A stretch of DNA of 64,000 nucleotides from the human T2T-CHM13v2.0 reference genome, Homo sapiens. Numbering within the stretch: position 1 is the first letter of the stretch; the number at the start of each line of letters is the position of its first letter. The position numbers and the translations under genes were made by a program. The stretch is from assembly GCF_009914755.1 (NCBI RefSeq), contig NC_060933.1; one strand, 5' to 3'. Of the stretch, positions 14,801 to 27,900 are shown piece after piece. The notes below the pieces were generated by a model. The model ran no database searches. It was not told the origin of the DNA and saw only the letters and a list, made by a program, of their open reading frames with translations.

Positions 14801-17800
14801 TGGAATCAACCCGAGTGGAATGGCATGGAATGGAATGGAATGGAATGGAATGGAATGGAATGGAATGGAATGAACCCGTGTGCAATGGAATGGAATTGAA
14901 TGGAATGGAATGGAATGGAATGGATTCAAGTCGAATGGAATGGAAAGGAATGGAATCAACCCGAGTGGAATGGCATGGAATGGAATGGAATGAAATGGAA
15001 TGGAATGGAATGGAATGGTACGGAATAGAACGGAATGAAACGAAATGGAATGGAATGGAATGGAATGGAAAAGAATGGAATGGAATGGAAAGGAATGGAA
15101 TGGAATCAACCCGAGTGCAGGGGAATGGAATGGAATGGAAGGCAATGGAATGCAATCATACGGAATTGAATGGAATGGAATGGAATGGAATGGAATGGAA
15201 TCAACTCGATTGCAATGGAACGTAATGGAATGGAATGGAATGGAATTAACCCTAATAGAATGGAATGGAATGGAATGGAAGGGAATGGAATGGAATGGAA
15301 TGGAATGGAATTAACCGGAATAGAATGCAATGGAATGGAATGGAATGGAATGGAATGGAATGGAATGAAATGGAATCAACTCGATTTCAATGGAATGGAA
15401 TGGAATGGAATGGAATGGTATGAAATTAACCCGAATAGAATGGAATGGAATGGAATTGAATGGAATGGAATGGAATGGAATGGAATGGAATAGAGTGGAA
15501 TGGAATGGAATGGAATAGAATGGAATCCACCCGAGTGCAGGGGAATGGAATGGAATGGAATGCAATGGAATGGAATCATACGGAATGGAATGGAATGGAA
15601 TGGAATGGAATCAACCCGATTGCAATGGAATGGAGTGGAATGGAATGGAATGGAATGGAAACAACCCGAATGTAATGGAATAGAATGGAGTGTAAGGGAA
15701 TTGAATAGAATCAATACGAATATAATGGAATGGAATGGAACGGAATGGAATGCAAAGGAATGGAATGGAATCTAATGGAATGGGTTCAACCCGAGTGCAA
15801 TGGAATGGAATCGAAAGTAATGGAATGGAATGGAATAGATTCAACACGAATGGAATTGAAGGGAATGGAATCAACCAGAGTGGAATGGAATTTAATGGAA
15901 TGGAATGGAATGGAATGGAATGCAGTGAAATGGAATCAAACCTAGTGCAATGCAATGGAATGGAATGGAATGGATTAGATTCAACCCAAATGGAATGGCA
16001 AGCAATGGAATCAACCCGAGTGGAATGGCATGGAATGGAATGGAATGGAATGGAATGGAATGGTACGGAATAGAATGGAATGGAACGAAATGGAATGGAA
16101 TGGAATGGAATGGAATGGAATGGAGTGGAATAGAATGGAATCCACCCGATTGCAGGGGAATGGAATGGAATGGAATGCAATGGAATGGAAAGGAATGGAT
16201 TCAACCCGAATGGAATGGAAAGGAATGGAATAAACCCGAGTGAAATGGCATGGAAGGGAATGGAATAGAATGGAATGGTATGGAGTAGAATGGAATGGAA
16301 CGAAATGGAATGGAATGGAATGGAATGGAATGGAATGAACCCGTGAGCAATTGAATGGAATGGAATGGAATGGAATGGAATGGAATGGGTTCAACTCGAA
16401 TGGAATGGAAAGGAATGGAATCAACCCGAGTGGAATGGCATGGAATGGAATGGAATGGAATGGAATGGAATGGAATGGAATGGATTCAACCCGAATGGAA
16501 TGGAAAGGAATGGAATAAACCCGAGTGGAATGGCAAGGAATGGAGTGGAATGGAATGGAATGGAAGGGAAAGGTACGGAATAGAATGGAATGGAAGGAAA
16601 TGGAATGGAATGGAATGGAATGGAATGGAATGGAATGAACCCATGTGCAATTGAATGGAATCGAATGGAATGGAATGCAATGGAATGGATTCAAGTAGAA
16701 TGGAATGGAAAGGAATGGAATCAACCCGAGTGGAATGGCATGGCATGGAATGGAACGGAATGGAATGGAATGGATAGTTACGGAATAGAATGGAATGGAA
16801 CGAAATGGAATGGAATGGAATGGAATGAATGGAATGGAATGGAATAGAATGGAATCCACCCGATTGCAGGGGAATGGAATGGAACGGAATGAAATGGAAT
16901 GGAATGGAATGGATTCAACCCGAATGGAATGGAAAGGAATGGAATCAACCCGAGTGGAATGGCATGGAATGGAATGGAATGGAATGGAATGGTACGGAAT
17001 AGAATGGAATGGAACGAAATGGAATGGAATGGAATGGAATGGAATGGAATGGAATGGAATGGAACGAAATGAAATGGAATGTAATGGAATGGAAAGGAAT
17101 GGAATTAACGCGAATAGAATAGAATGGAATGTAATGGAACGGAATGGAATGGAATGGGATGGAATGGAATCAATCTGAGTGCAGGGGAATGGAATGGAAT
17201 GGAATGCAATGGAATGGAATGGAATGGAATGGAATGCAATGGAATCAACTAGATTGCAATGGGATGGAATGGAATGGAATGGAATGGAAGGGAATGGAAT
17301 GGAATGGAATTAACCTGAACAGAATGGAATGGAATGGAATGGAAAGGAAAGGAAGGGAATGGAATGGAATGGAATTAACCTGAACAGAATATAATGGAAC
17401 GGAATGGAACGGAATGGAATGGAATGGAATGGAATGGAATGGAATGGAATGCAATGCAATGGGATCAACCCGAGTGCAGGGGAATGGAATGGAATGGAAT
17501 GCAATGGAATGGAATCAATCAACCCGAGTGCAATAGAATGCAGTGGAATGGAATGGAATGGAATGGAAAGTACCCGAATGGAATGGAATGTAATGGAGTG
17601 TAAGGGAATTAAAAAGAATCAATCCGAATGTAATGGAATGGAATGGAACGGAATGGAATGGAATGGAATGGAATGGAATGGAATGGAATGAAATGGAATG
17701 GTATGGAATGGAATGGAATCAACCCGAGTTCAATGGATTGGAATCGAATGGAATGGAATGGGATGGAATGGATTCAACCCGAATGGAATGGAAAGGAATG

Positions 17801-20800
17801 GAATAAACCCGAGTGAAATGGCATGGAAGGGAATGGAATGGAATGGAATGGTAAGGAATAGAATGGAATGGAACGAAATGGAATGGAATGGAATGGAATG
17901 GAATGGAATGGAATGGAATGGAATGAACCCGTGTGCAATGGAATGGAATGGAATGGAATGGAATGGAATGGAATGGAATGGAATGGGTTCAACTAGAATG
18001 GAATGGAAAGGAATGGAATCAACCCGAGTGGAATGGCATGGAATGGAATGGAATGGAATGGAATGGAATGGAATGAAATGGAATGGAAGGGAATGGATTG
18101 AAATGGAATGGAATGGAATGGAATCAACCCGAGTGCAATGTAATGGAATTGAATGGAATGGAATGGAATGGAATGGAATGGATTCAACCCGAATGGAATG
18201 GAAAGGAATGGAATAAACCCGAGTGGAATGGCATGGAATGGAGTGGAATGGAATGGAATGGAATACTACGGAAGAGAATGGAATGGAACGAAATGGAATG
18301 GAATGGAATGGAATGGAATGGAATGAACACGTGAGCAATGGAATGGAATCGAATGGAATGGAATGGAATGGAATGGATTCAACTCGAATGGAATGGAAAG
18401 GAATGGAATCAACCCGAGTGGAATGGCATGGAATGGAATGGAATGGAATGGAATTGAACGGAATGGAATGGAATCAACTCGATTGCAAAGGAATGTAATG
18501 GAATGGAATGGAACGGAATTAACGCAAATAGAATGGAATGGAAAGGAATGGAACGGAATGGAATGGAAAGGAATGGAATGGAATCAAACTGAGTGCAGGG
18601 GAATGGAATGGAATGGAATGCAATGGAATGGAATGGAATGCAATGGAATCACCTCGATTGCAATGGGATGGAATGGAATGGAATGGAATGGAAGGGAATG
18701 GAATGGAATGGAATTAACCTGAACAGAATGGAATGGAATGGAATGGAATGGAATGGAATGGAATGGAATGCAATGGAATGGAATCAATCAACCCGAGTGC
18801 AATAGAATGCAGTGGAATGGAATGGAAAGTACCCGAATGGAATGGAATGTAATGGAGTGTAAGGGAATTAAAAAGAATCAATCCGGATGTAATGGAATGG
18901 AATTGAAAGGAAAGGAATGGAAGGGAATGGAATGGAATGGAATGGAATGAAATGGAATAGCATAGAATGGAATGGAATTAACACGAGCGCAATGGAATGG
19001 AATGGAATGGAATGGAATGGAATGGAATGGAATGGATTCAACCCGAATGGAATGGAAAGGAATGGAATAAACCCGAGTGAAATGGCATGGAAGGGAATGG
19101 AATGGAATGGAATGGTACGGAGTAGAATGGAATGGAACGAAATGGAATGGAATGGAATGGAATGGAATGGAATGGAATGAACCCGTGAACAATGGAATGG
19201 AATGGAATGGAATGGAATGGAATGGAATGGAATGGAATGCAAAGCAATGGAATCAACTCGATTGCAATGGAATGGAATGGAATGGAAAGGATTAGAATGG
19301 AATCAACCCGAGTGGAATGGAATGGAAAGGACTGGAATGGAGTGGAATGGAATGGAACGGAATGGAATGGAATCAACTCGATTGGAATGGAGTAGAATGG
19401 AATTTGAATGGAATGGAATGGAATGGAATGGAATTAACCCGAAAAGAATGGAATGGAATGGAATGGAACGGAATGGAATGGAATGGAATGGAATGGAATC
19501 AACCCGACTGCACGGGAATGGAATGTAATGGAACGCAATGGAATGGAATCATCCGGAACGGAATGAAATGGAATGGAATGGAATCAACTCGATTGCAATG
19601 GAATGGAATGGAATGGAATGGAATGGAAAGGAATGGAATGGAATGGAATGGACTGGAATTAACCCGAATAGAATGGAATGGAATGGAATGGAAAGGAATG
19701 GAAGGGAATGGAATGGAATGTAATCAACCCGAGTGCAGGGGAATGGAATGGAATTGAATGCAATGGAATGGAATCATCCGGAATGGAATGGAATGGAATG
19801 GAATGGAATGAACCCGATGCAATGGAATGGAATGGAATGGAATGGAATGGAATGGAATGGAATGGAATGGAAAAATCCCGAATGGAATGGAATGTAATGG
19901 TGTGTAAGGGAATTGAATAGAATCAGTCCGAATGTAATGGAATGGAATGGAATGAAATGGAATGGAATGGAATGGAATAGAATCAAACCGAGTGCAATGG
20001 AATGGATTCGAAAGGAATGGAATGGAATGGAAAGTAATAGAATGGAATCAACCCGAGTGGAATGGAATGGAAAGGACTGGAATGGACTGGAATGGAATGG
20101 AATGGAATGGAATCAAATCGATTGGAATGGAATGGAATGGAATGGAATGGAATCAACTCGATTGCAATGGAATGGAATGGAATGGAATGGAATGGAATGG
20201 AATGGAATGGATTGGAATTAACCCGAATAGAATGGAATGGAATGGAATGGAATGGAAAGTAATGGAATGAAATGGAATGGAATCAACCCGAGTGCAGGGG
20301 AATGGAATGGAATGGAATGCAATGGAATGGAATCATCCGGAATGGAATGGAATGGAATGGAATGGAATGGAATGGAATGGAATGGAATGGAATCAACTCG
20401 ATTACAATGGAATGGAATGGAATGGAAAGGAATGGAAGGGAATGGAGTGGAATGTAATCAACCCGAGTGCAGGGGAATGGAATGGAATGGAATGCAATGG
20501 AATGGAATCATCCGGAATGGAATGGAATGGAATGGAATGCAATCAACCCAATGCAATGGAATGGAGTGGAATGGAATGGAATGGAATGGAAACATCCCGA
20601 ATGGAATGGAATGTAATGGAGTGTAAGGGAATTGAATAGAATCAATCCGAATTTAATGGAATGGAATGGAATGAAATCGAATGGAATGGAATGGAATGGA
20701 ATCAACCCGAGTGCAATGGAATGGATACGAATGGAATGGAATGGAATGGAATGGATTCAACAAGAATGGAATGGAAAGGAATGGAATCAACCCGAGTGTA

Positions 20801-21500
20801 ATGGCATGGAATGGAAAGGAATGGAATGGAATGGGATGGAATGGAATGGTACGGAATACAATGGAATGGAATGAAATGGAATGGAATGGAATGGAATGGA
20901 ATGGAATGGAATGACCCCGTGTGCAATGTAAAGGAATGGAATGGAATGGAATGGATTCATCTCGAATGGAATCAACTCGATTGCAATGGAATGGAATGGA
21001 ATGGAAAGGAATAGAATGGAATCAACCCGAGTGGAATGGAATGGAAAGGACTGGTATGGAGTGGAATGGAATGGAATGGAACGGAATGTAATGGAATGGA
21101 ATGGAATGGATTCAACCCGAGGGCAGGGGAATGGAATGGATTGGAATGCAATGGAATGGAATCATCCGGAATGGAATGGAATGGAATGGAATGGAATGGA
21201 ATGGAATCAACTCGATTTCAATGGAATGGAATGGAATAGAATGGAATGGAATTAACACGAATAGAATGGAATGGAATGGAATGGAATGGAATGGAATGGA
21301 ACTGAAAGGAATGGAATGGAATGGATTGGAATCAACCCAAGTGCAGGGGAATGGAATGGAATGGAATTCAATGGAATGGAATCATCCGGAATGGAATGGA
21401 ATGGAATGGAATGGAATGGCATGGAATGGAATGGAATCAACCCGAGTACAGGGGAATGGAATGGAATGGAATGCAATGGAATGGAATCATTCGGAATGGA
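8801..21500 (+). repeat. HSat3 sub-domain, dialect A (copy 2; 19.2-21.5 kb is transitional)
   Basis: About 13 kb with no TAGGAGGGAATGTATT, CAACGCGAGT or TCTTCCGG seen. Rich in GAACCCGTGTGC, CAAACCTAGTGC (~9511, 13289, 14113, 15937), AATAAACCCGAG and GGGTTCAACTCG. Confidence 0.65.
10100..11620 (+). repeat. Dispersed duplication block, copy 2 of ~160-1650
   Basis: Same ordered rare variants at an offset of ~9.94-9.97 kb. Confidence 0.85.
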
Positions 21501-22240
21501 ATGGAATGGAATGGAATGGAATCAACCTGAGTGCAATGGAATGGAGTGGAATGGAATGGAATAGAATGGAAGAACCCGAATGGAATGTAATGTAATGGAG
21601 AGTAAGGGAGTTGAAAAGAATCAATCCGAATGTAATGGAATGGAATGGAACGGAATGGAATGGAATGGGATGGAATGCAATGGAATGGAATCAACCCGAG
21701 TGCAATGGAATGGAGTGGAATGGAATGGAATCAACCCGAGTGCAGGGGAATGGAATGGAATGGAATGCAATGGAATGGAATCATCCGTAATGGAATGGAA
21801 AGGAATGCAATGGAATGGAATGGAATGGAATGGAATCAACTCGATTGCAATCGAATGGAATGGAATGGAATTAACCCGAATAGAATGGAATGGAATGGAA
21901 TGGAACGGAACGGAATGGAATGGAATGGAATGGAATGGAATGGAACGGAACGGAACGGAATGGAATGGAATGGAATGGAATGGAATGGAATCAACGAGAG
22001 TGCAGGGGAAAGGAATGGAATGGAATGCAATGGAATGGAATCTTCCGGAATGGAATGGAATAGAATGGAATGGAATGGAATGCAATGGATTCAACTCGAT
22101 TGCAATGGAATGGAATAGAATGGAATGGAATGGAATGGAATGGTATGGAATGGAATGGAATGGTATGGAATAGAATGGAATGGAACGAATTGGAATGGAA
22201 TGGAATGGAATGGAATGGAATGGAATGGAATGGAACAACC

Positions 22241-22340
22241 CGAATGGAATGGAATGTAATGGAGAGTAAGGGAGTTGAATAGAATCAATCCGAATGGAAT
22301 GGAATGTAATTGAGAGTAAGGGAGTTGAATAGAATCAATC
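22241..22340 (+). repeat. 50-bp tandem duplication
   Basis: CGAATGGAATGGAATGTAAT(G/T)GAGAGTAAGGGAGTTGAATAGAATCAATC twice in tandem, with one mismatch. Confidence 0.92.
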
Positions 22341-23885
22341 CGAATGTAATGGAATGGAATGGAACGGAATGGAATTGAATGGAATGGAATGGAATGCAAT
22401 GGAATGGAATCAACCCGAGTACAAAGGAATGAAATGGAATGGAACGGAATGGAATGGAATGGAATTGAATGGAATGGAATGGCTTCAAACCGAATGGAAT
22501 GGAAAGGAATGGAATCAACACGACTGGAATGGAATGGAATGGAATGGAATGGAATTGTTACGAGTGGAATAGGAGGGAATGTATACGAGTGGAATGGAAA
22601 GGAATGGAATCAACCAGAGTGGAATGGAAGGGAATGGAATGGAATGGAAACTAATAGAATGGAATCAACCCGAGTGGAATGGAATGGAAAGGAATGGAAT
22701 GGAATGGAATGGAATGGAATGGAATGGAATGGAATCAACTCGATTGTAATGCAATGGAATGGAATGGAATGGAATGGAATGGAATTAACCCGAATACAAT
22801 GGAATGGAATGGAATGGAACGGAATGGAGTGGAATGGAATGGAATCAACCCGAGTGAAGGGGAATGGAATGGAATGGAATGCAATGGAATGGAAACATCC
22901 GGAATGGAATGGAATGGAATGGAATGCAATGCAATGGAATCAACTCGATTGCAATGGAATGGAATGGAAAGGAATAGAATGGAATCAACTCGAGAGGAAT
23001 GGAATGGAAAGGACTGGAATGGAGTGGAATGGAATGGAATGGAATGGAATTAACTCGATTGGAATGGAATGGAATGGAATGGAATGGAATTAACCCGAAT
23101 AGAATGGAATGGAATGGAATGGAACGGAATGGAATAGAATGGAATGGAATGGAATGGAATGGAAAGGAATCAACCCGACTGCAGGGGAATGGAATGCAAT
23201 GGAATGCAATGGAATGGAATCATCCGGAACGGAATGGAATGGAATGGAATGGAATCAACTCGATTGTAATGGAAAGGAATGGAATGGAATGGAATGGAAT
23301 GGAATGGAATGGAATGGAATGGAATGGAATGGAATTCACCCGAATAGAATGGAATGGAATGGAATGGAAAGGAATGGAAGGGAAGGGAATGGAATGTAAT
23401 CAACCCGAGTGCAGGGGAATGGAATGGAATGGAATGCAATGGAATGGAATCATCCGGAATGGAATGGAATGGAATGGAATGGAATGGAATGGAATGGAAT
23501 GGAATGGAATGCAATGGAATGGAATCAACCCGAGTACAACGGAATGGAATGGAATGGAATGGAATGGAATGGAATTTAATGGAATGCCTTCAAACTGAAT
23601 GGAATGGAAAGGAATGGAATCAACACGAGTGGAATGGAATGGAATGGAATGGAATGGAATGGAATGGAGTGGAATGGAATGGAATGGAATGCAATGGAAT
23701 GGAATGGAATGGTACGGAATAGAATGGAATGGAACGAAATGGAATGGAATGGAATGGCATGGAATGGAATGGAATCAACTCGATTGAAATCGAATGGAAT
23801 GGAATGTAATTAACCCGAATAGAATGGAATGGAATGGAATGGAATGGAACGGAACGGAATGGAATGGAATGGAATGGAATGGAAT

Positions 23886-23930
23886 GGAACGGAACGGAAC
23901 GGAACGGAACGGAACGGAACGGAACGGAAC
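23886..23930 (+). repeat. (GGAAC)9 variant microsatellite
   Basis: Nine consecutive GGAAC units read directly. Confidence 0.92.
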
Positions 23931-24903
23931 GGAATGGAATGGAATGGAATGGAATGGAATGGAATGGAATCAACGCGAGTGCAGGGGAATGGAATGGAAT
24001 GGAATGCAATGGAATGGAATGGAATGGAATGGAATGAAATGCAATGGATTCAACTCGATTGCAATGGAATGGAATAGAATGGAATGGAATGGAATGGAAT
24101 GGAATGGAATGGAATTAACCCGAGTAGAATGGAATGGAATGGAATGGAACGGAATGGAACGGAATGGAATGGAATGCAATGGAATGGTATGGAATGGAAT
24201 GGTACGGAATAGAATGGAATGGAACGAATTGTAATGGAATGGAATTGAATGGAATGGAATGGAATGGAATGGAATCACCGCGAGTGCAGGGGAATGGAAT
24301 GGAACGGAATGCAATGGAATGGAATCATCCGGAATGGAATGGAATGGAATGGAATGGAATCAACCCGAGTGCAATGGAATGGAGTGGAATGGAATGGAAT
24401 GGAATGGAACAACCCGACTGGAATGTAATGTAATGGAGTGTAAGGGAATTGAATAGAATGAATCCGAATGGAATGGAATGGATTGGAAAGGAAAGGAATG
24501 GAATGGAATGGAATGGAATGGAATGGAATGGAATGCAATGCCATGGAATCAACACAAGTGCAAACGAATGGAATCGAATGGAATGGAATACAATGGAATG
24601 GATTCATCTTGAATGGAATGGAAAGAATGGAATCAACACAAGTGGAATGCCATGGATTGGAATGGAATGGAATGGAATCAACCCGAGTACAGGGGAATGG
24701 AATGGAATGGAATGAAATGGAATGGAATCATCCGTAATGTAATGGAAAGGAATGGAATGGAATGGAATGGAATGGCATGGAATGGAATGGAATCAACTCG
24801 ATTGAAATCGAATGGAATGGAATGTAATTAACCCGAATAGAATGGAATGGAATGGAATGGAATGGAACGGAACGGAATGGAATGGAATGGAATGGAATGG
24901 AAT

Positions 24904-24943
24904 GGAACGGAACGGAACGGAACGGAACGGAACGGAACGGAAC
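24904..24943 (+). repeat. (GGAAC)8 variant microsatellite
   Basis: Eight consecutive GGAAC units, paralogous to 23886-23930. Confidence 0.92.
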
Positions 24944-27900
24944 GGAATGGAATGGAATGGAATGGAATGGAATGGAATGGAATCAACCCGAGTGCAGGGG
25001 AATGGAATGGAATGGAATGCAATGGAATGGAATGGAATGGAATGGAATGAAATGCAATGGATTCAACTCGATTGCAATGGAATGGAATAGAATGGAATGG
25101 AATGGAATGGAATGGAATGGAATGGAATTAACCCGAGTAGAATGGAATGGAATGGAATGGAACGGAATGGAACGGAATGGAATGGAATGCAATGGAATGG
25201 TATGGAATGGAATGGTACGGAATAGAATGGAATGGAACGAATTGTAATGGAATGGAATTGAATGGAATGGAATGGAATGGAATGGAATCAACGCGAGTGC
25301 AGGGGAATGTAATGGAACGGAATGCAATGGAATGGAATCATCCGGAATGGAATGGAATGGAATGGAATGGAATGGAATGGAATCAACCCGAGTGCAATGG
25401 AATGGAGTGGGATGGAATGGAATGGAATGGAACAACCCGAATGGAATGGAATGTAATGGAGAGTAAGGGAGTTGAATAGAATCAATCCGAATGTAATGGA
25501 ATGGAAAGCAACGGAATGGAATGGAATGGAATGGAATGGAATGGAATGCAATGGAATGGAATCAACCCGAGTACAATGGAATGGAATGGAATGGAATGGA
25601 ATGGAATGGAATGGAATGGAATGGAATGGAATTGAATGGAATGGAATGCCTTCAAACCGAATGGAATGGAAAGGAATGGAATCAACACGAGTGGAATGGA
25701 ATGGAATGGAATGGAATTGAATGGAATGGAATGGAATGGTACGGAATAGAATGGAATGGAACGAAATGGAATGGAATGGAATGGAATGGAACGGAACGGA
25801 ATGGAATGGAATGGAATGGAATGGGATGGAATGGAATGGAATCGTTCCGAGTGGAATAGGAGGGAATGTATTCGAGTGGAATGGAAAGGAATGGAATCAG
25901 CCACAGTGGATTGGAAGGGAATGGAATGGAATGGAAACAAATAGAAAGGAATCCACCTGAGTGGAATGGAATGGAAAGGACTGGAATGGAATGGAATGGA
26001 ATTAACCCGAATACAATGGAATGGAATGTAATGGAACGGAATGGAGTGGAATGGAATGGAATCAACCCGAGTGCAGGGGAATGGAATGGAATAGAATGCA
26101 ATGGAATGGAATCATCCGGAATGGAATGGAAAGGAATGGAATGCAAAGCAATGGAATCAACTCGATTGCAATGGAATGGAATGGAATGGAAAGGAATAAA
26201 ATGGAATCAACCCGAGTGGAATGGAATGGAAAGGACTGGAATGTAGTGGAATGGAATGGAATGGAATCAACTCGATTGGAATGGAATGGAATGGAATGGA
26301 ATGGAATGGAATGGAATGGAATTAAACCGAATAGAATGGAATGGAATGGAATGGAACAGAACGGAACGGAACGGAATGGAATGGAATGGAATGGAATGGA
26401 ATGGAATGGAATGGAATCAACCCGACTGCAGGGGAATGGAATGGAATGGAATGCAATGGAATGGATTCAACTTGAATGGAATGGAAAGAATGGAATCAAC
26501 ACGAGTGGAATGGCATGGATTGGAATGGAAGGGAATGGAATCAACCCGAGTACAGGGGAATGGAATGGAATGGAATGCAATGGAATGGAATCATCCGTAA
26601 TGGAATGGAATGGAATGGAATGGAATGGAATGCAATGGAATGGAATGGAATGGAATCAACTCGATTGCAATCGAATGGAATGGAATGGAATTAACCCGAA
26701 TAGAATGGAATGGAATGGAATGGAACGGAACGGAATGGAATGGAATGGAATGGAATGGAATGGAATGGAATGGTACGGAACGGAACGGAATGGAATGGAA
26801 TGGAATGGAATGGAATGGAATCAACGCGAGTGCAGGGGAATGGAATGAAAGGAATGCAATGGAATGGAATTTTCCGGAATGGAATGGAATGGAATGGAAT
26901 GGAATGGAATGGAATGAAATGCAATGGATTCAACTCGATTGCAATGGAATGGAATAGAATGGAATGGAATGGAATGGAATGGAATGGAATTAACCCGAAT
27001 AGAATGGAATGGAATGGAATGGAACGGAATGGAACTGAATGGAATGGAATGGAATAGAATGGAATGGTATGGAATTGAATGGAATGGTACGGAATAGAAT
27101 GGAATGGAACGAATTGTAATGGAATGGAATTGAATGGAATGGAATGGAATGGAATGGAATCAGCGCAAGTGCAGGGGAATGGAATAGAACGGAATGCAAT
27201 GGAATGGAATCATCCGGAATGGAATGACATGGAATTTAATGGAATCAACCCGAGTGCAATGGAATGGAGTGAAATGGAATGAAATGGAATGGAACAACCC
27301 GAATGGAATGTAATGTAATGGAGTGTAAGGGAATTGAATAGAATGAATCCGAATGGAATGGAATGGAATGGAAAGGAATGGAATGGAATGGAAAGGAATG
27401 GAATGGAACGGAATGGAATGCAATGCCATGGAATCAACACGAGTGCAAACGAATGGAATCGAATGGAATGGAATGCAATGGAATGGATTCATCTTGAATG
27501 GAATGGAAAGAATGGAATCAACACGAGTGGAATGCCATGGATTGGAATGGAATGGAATGGAATCAACCCGAGTACTGGGGAATGGAATGGAATGGAATGA
27601 AATGGAATGGAATCATCCGTAATGGAATGGAAAGGAATGGAATGGAATGAAGTGGAATGGAATCATCCGTAATGTAATGGAAAGGAATGGAATGGAATGG
27701 AATGGAATGGAATGGAATGGAATGGAATGGAATCAACTCGATTGCAATCGAATGGAATGGAATGGAATTAACCCGAATAGAATGGAATGGAATGGAATGG
27801 AATGGAATGGAACGGAATGGAATGGAATGGAATGGAATGGAATGGAACGGAACGGAACGGAACGGAATGGAATGGAATGGAATGGAATGGAATGGAATCT

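Larger units (their letters stand above)
23750..25440 (+). repeat. ~1.02-kb-period partial tandem duplication
   Basis: CGATTGAAATCG...GTAATTAACCCG at 23781 and 24799, (GGAAC)n runs at 23886 and 24904, ATTAACCCGAGTAG at ~24114 and ~25127. Confidence 0.85.
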
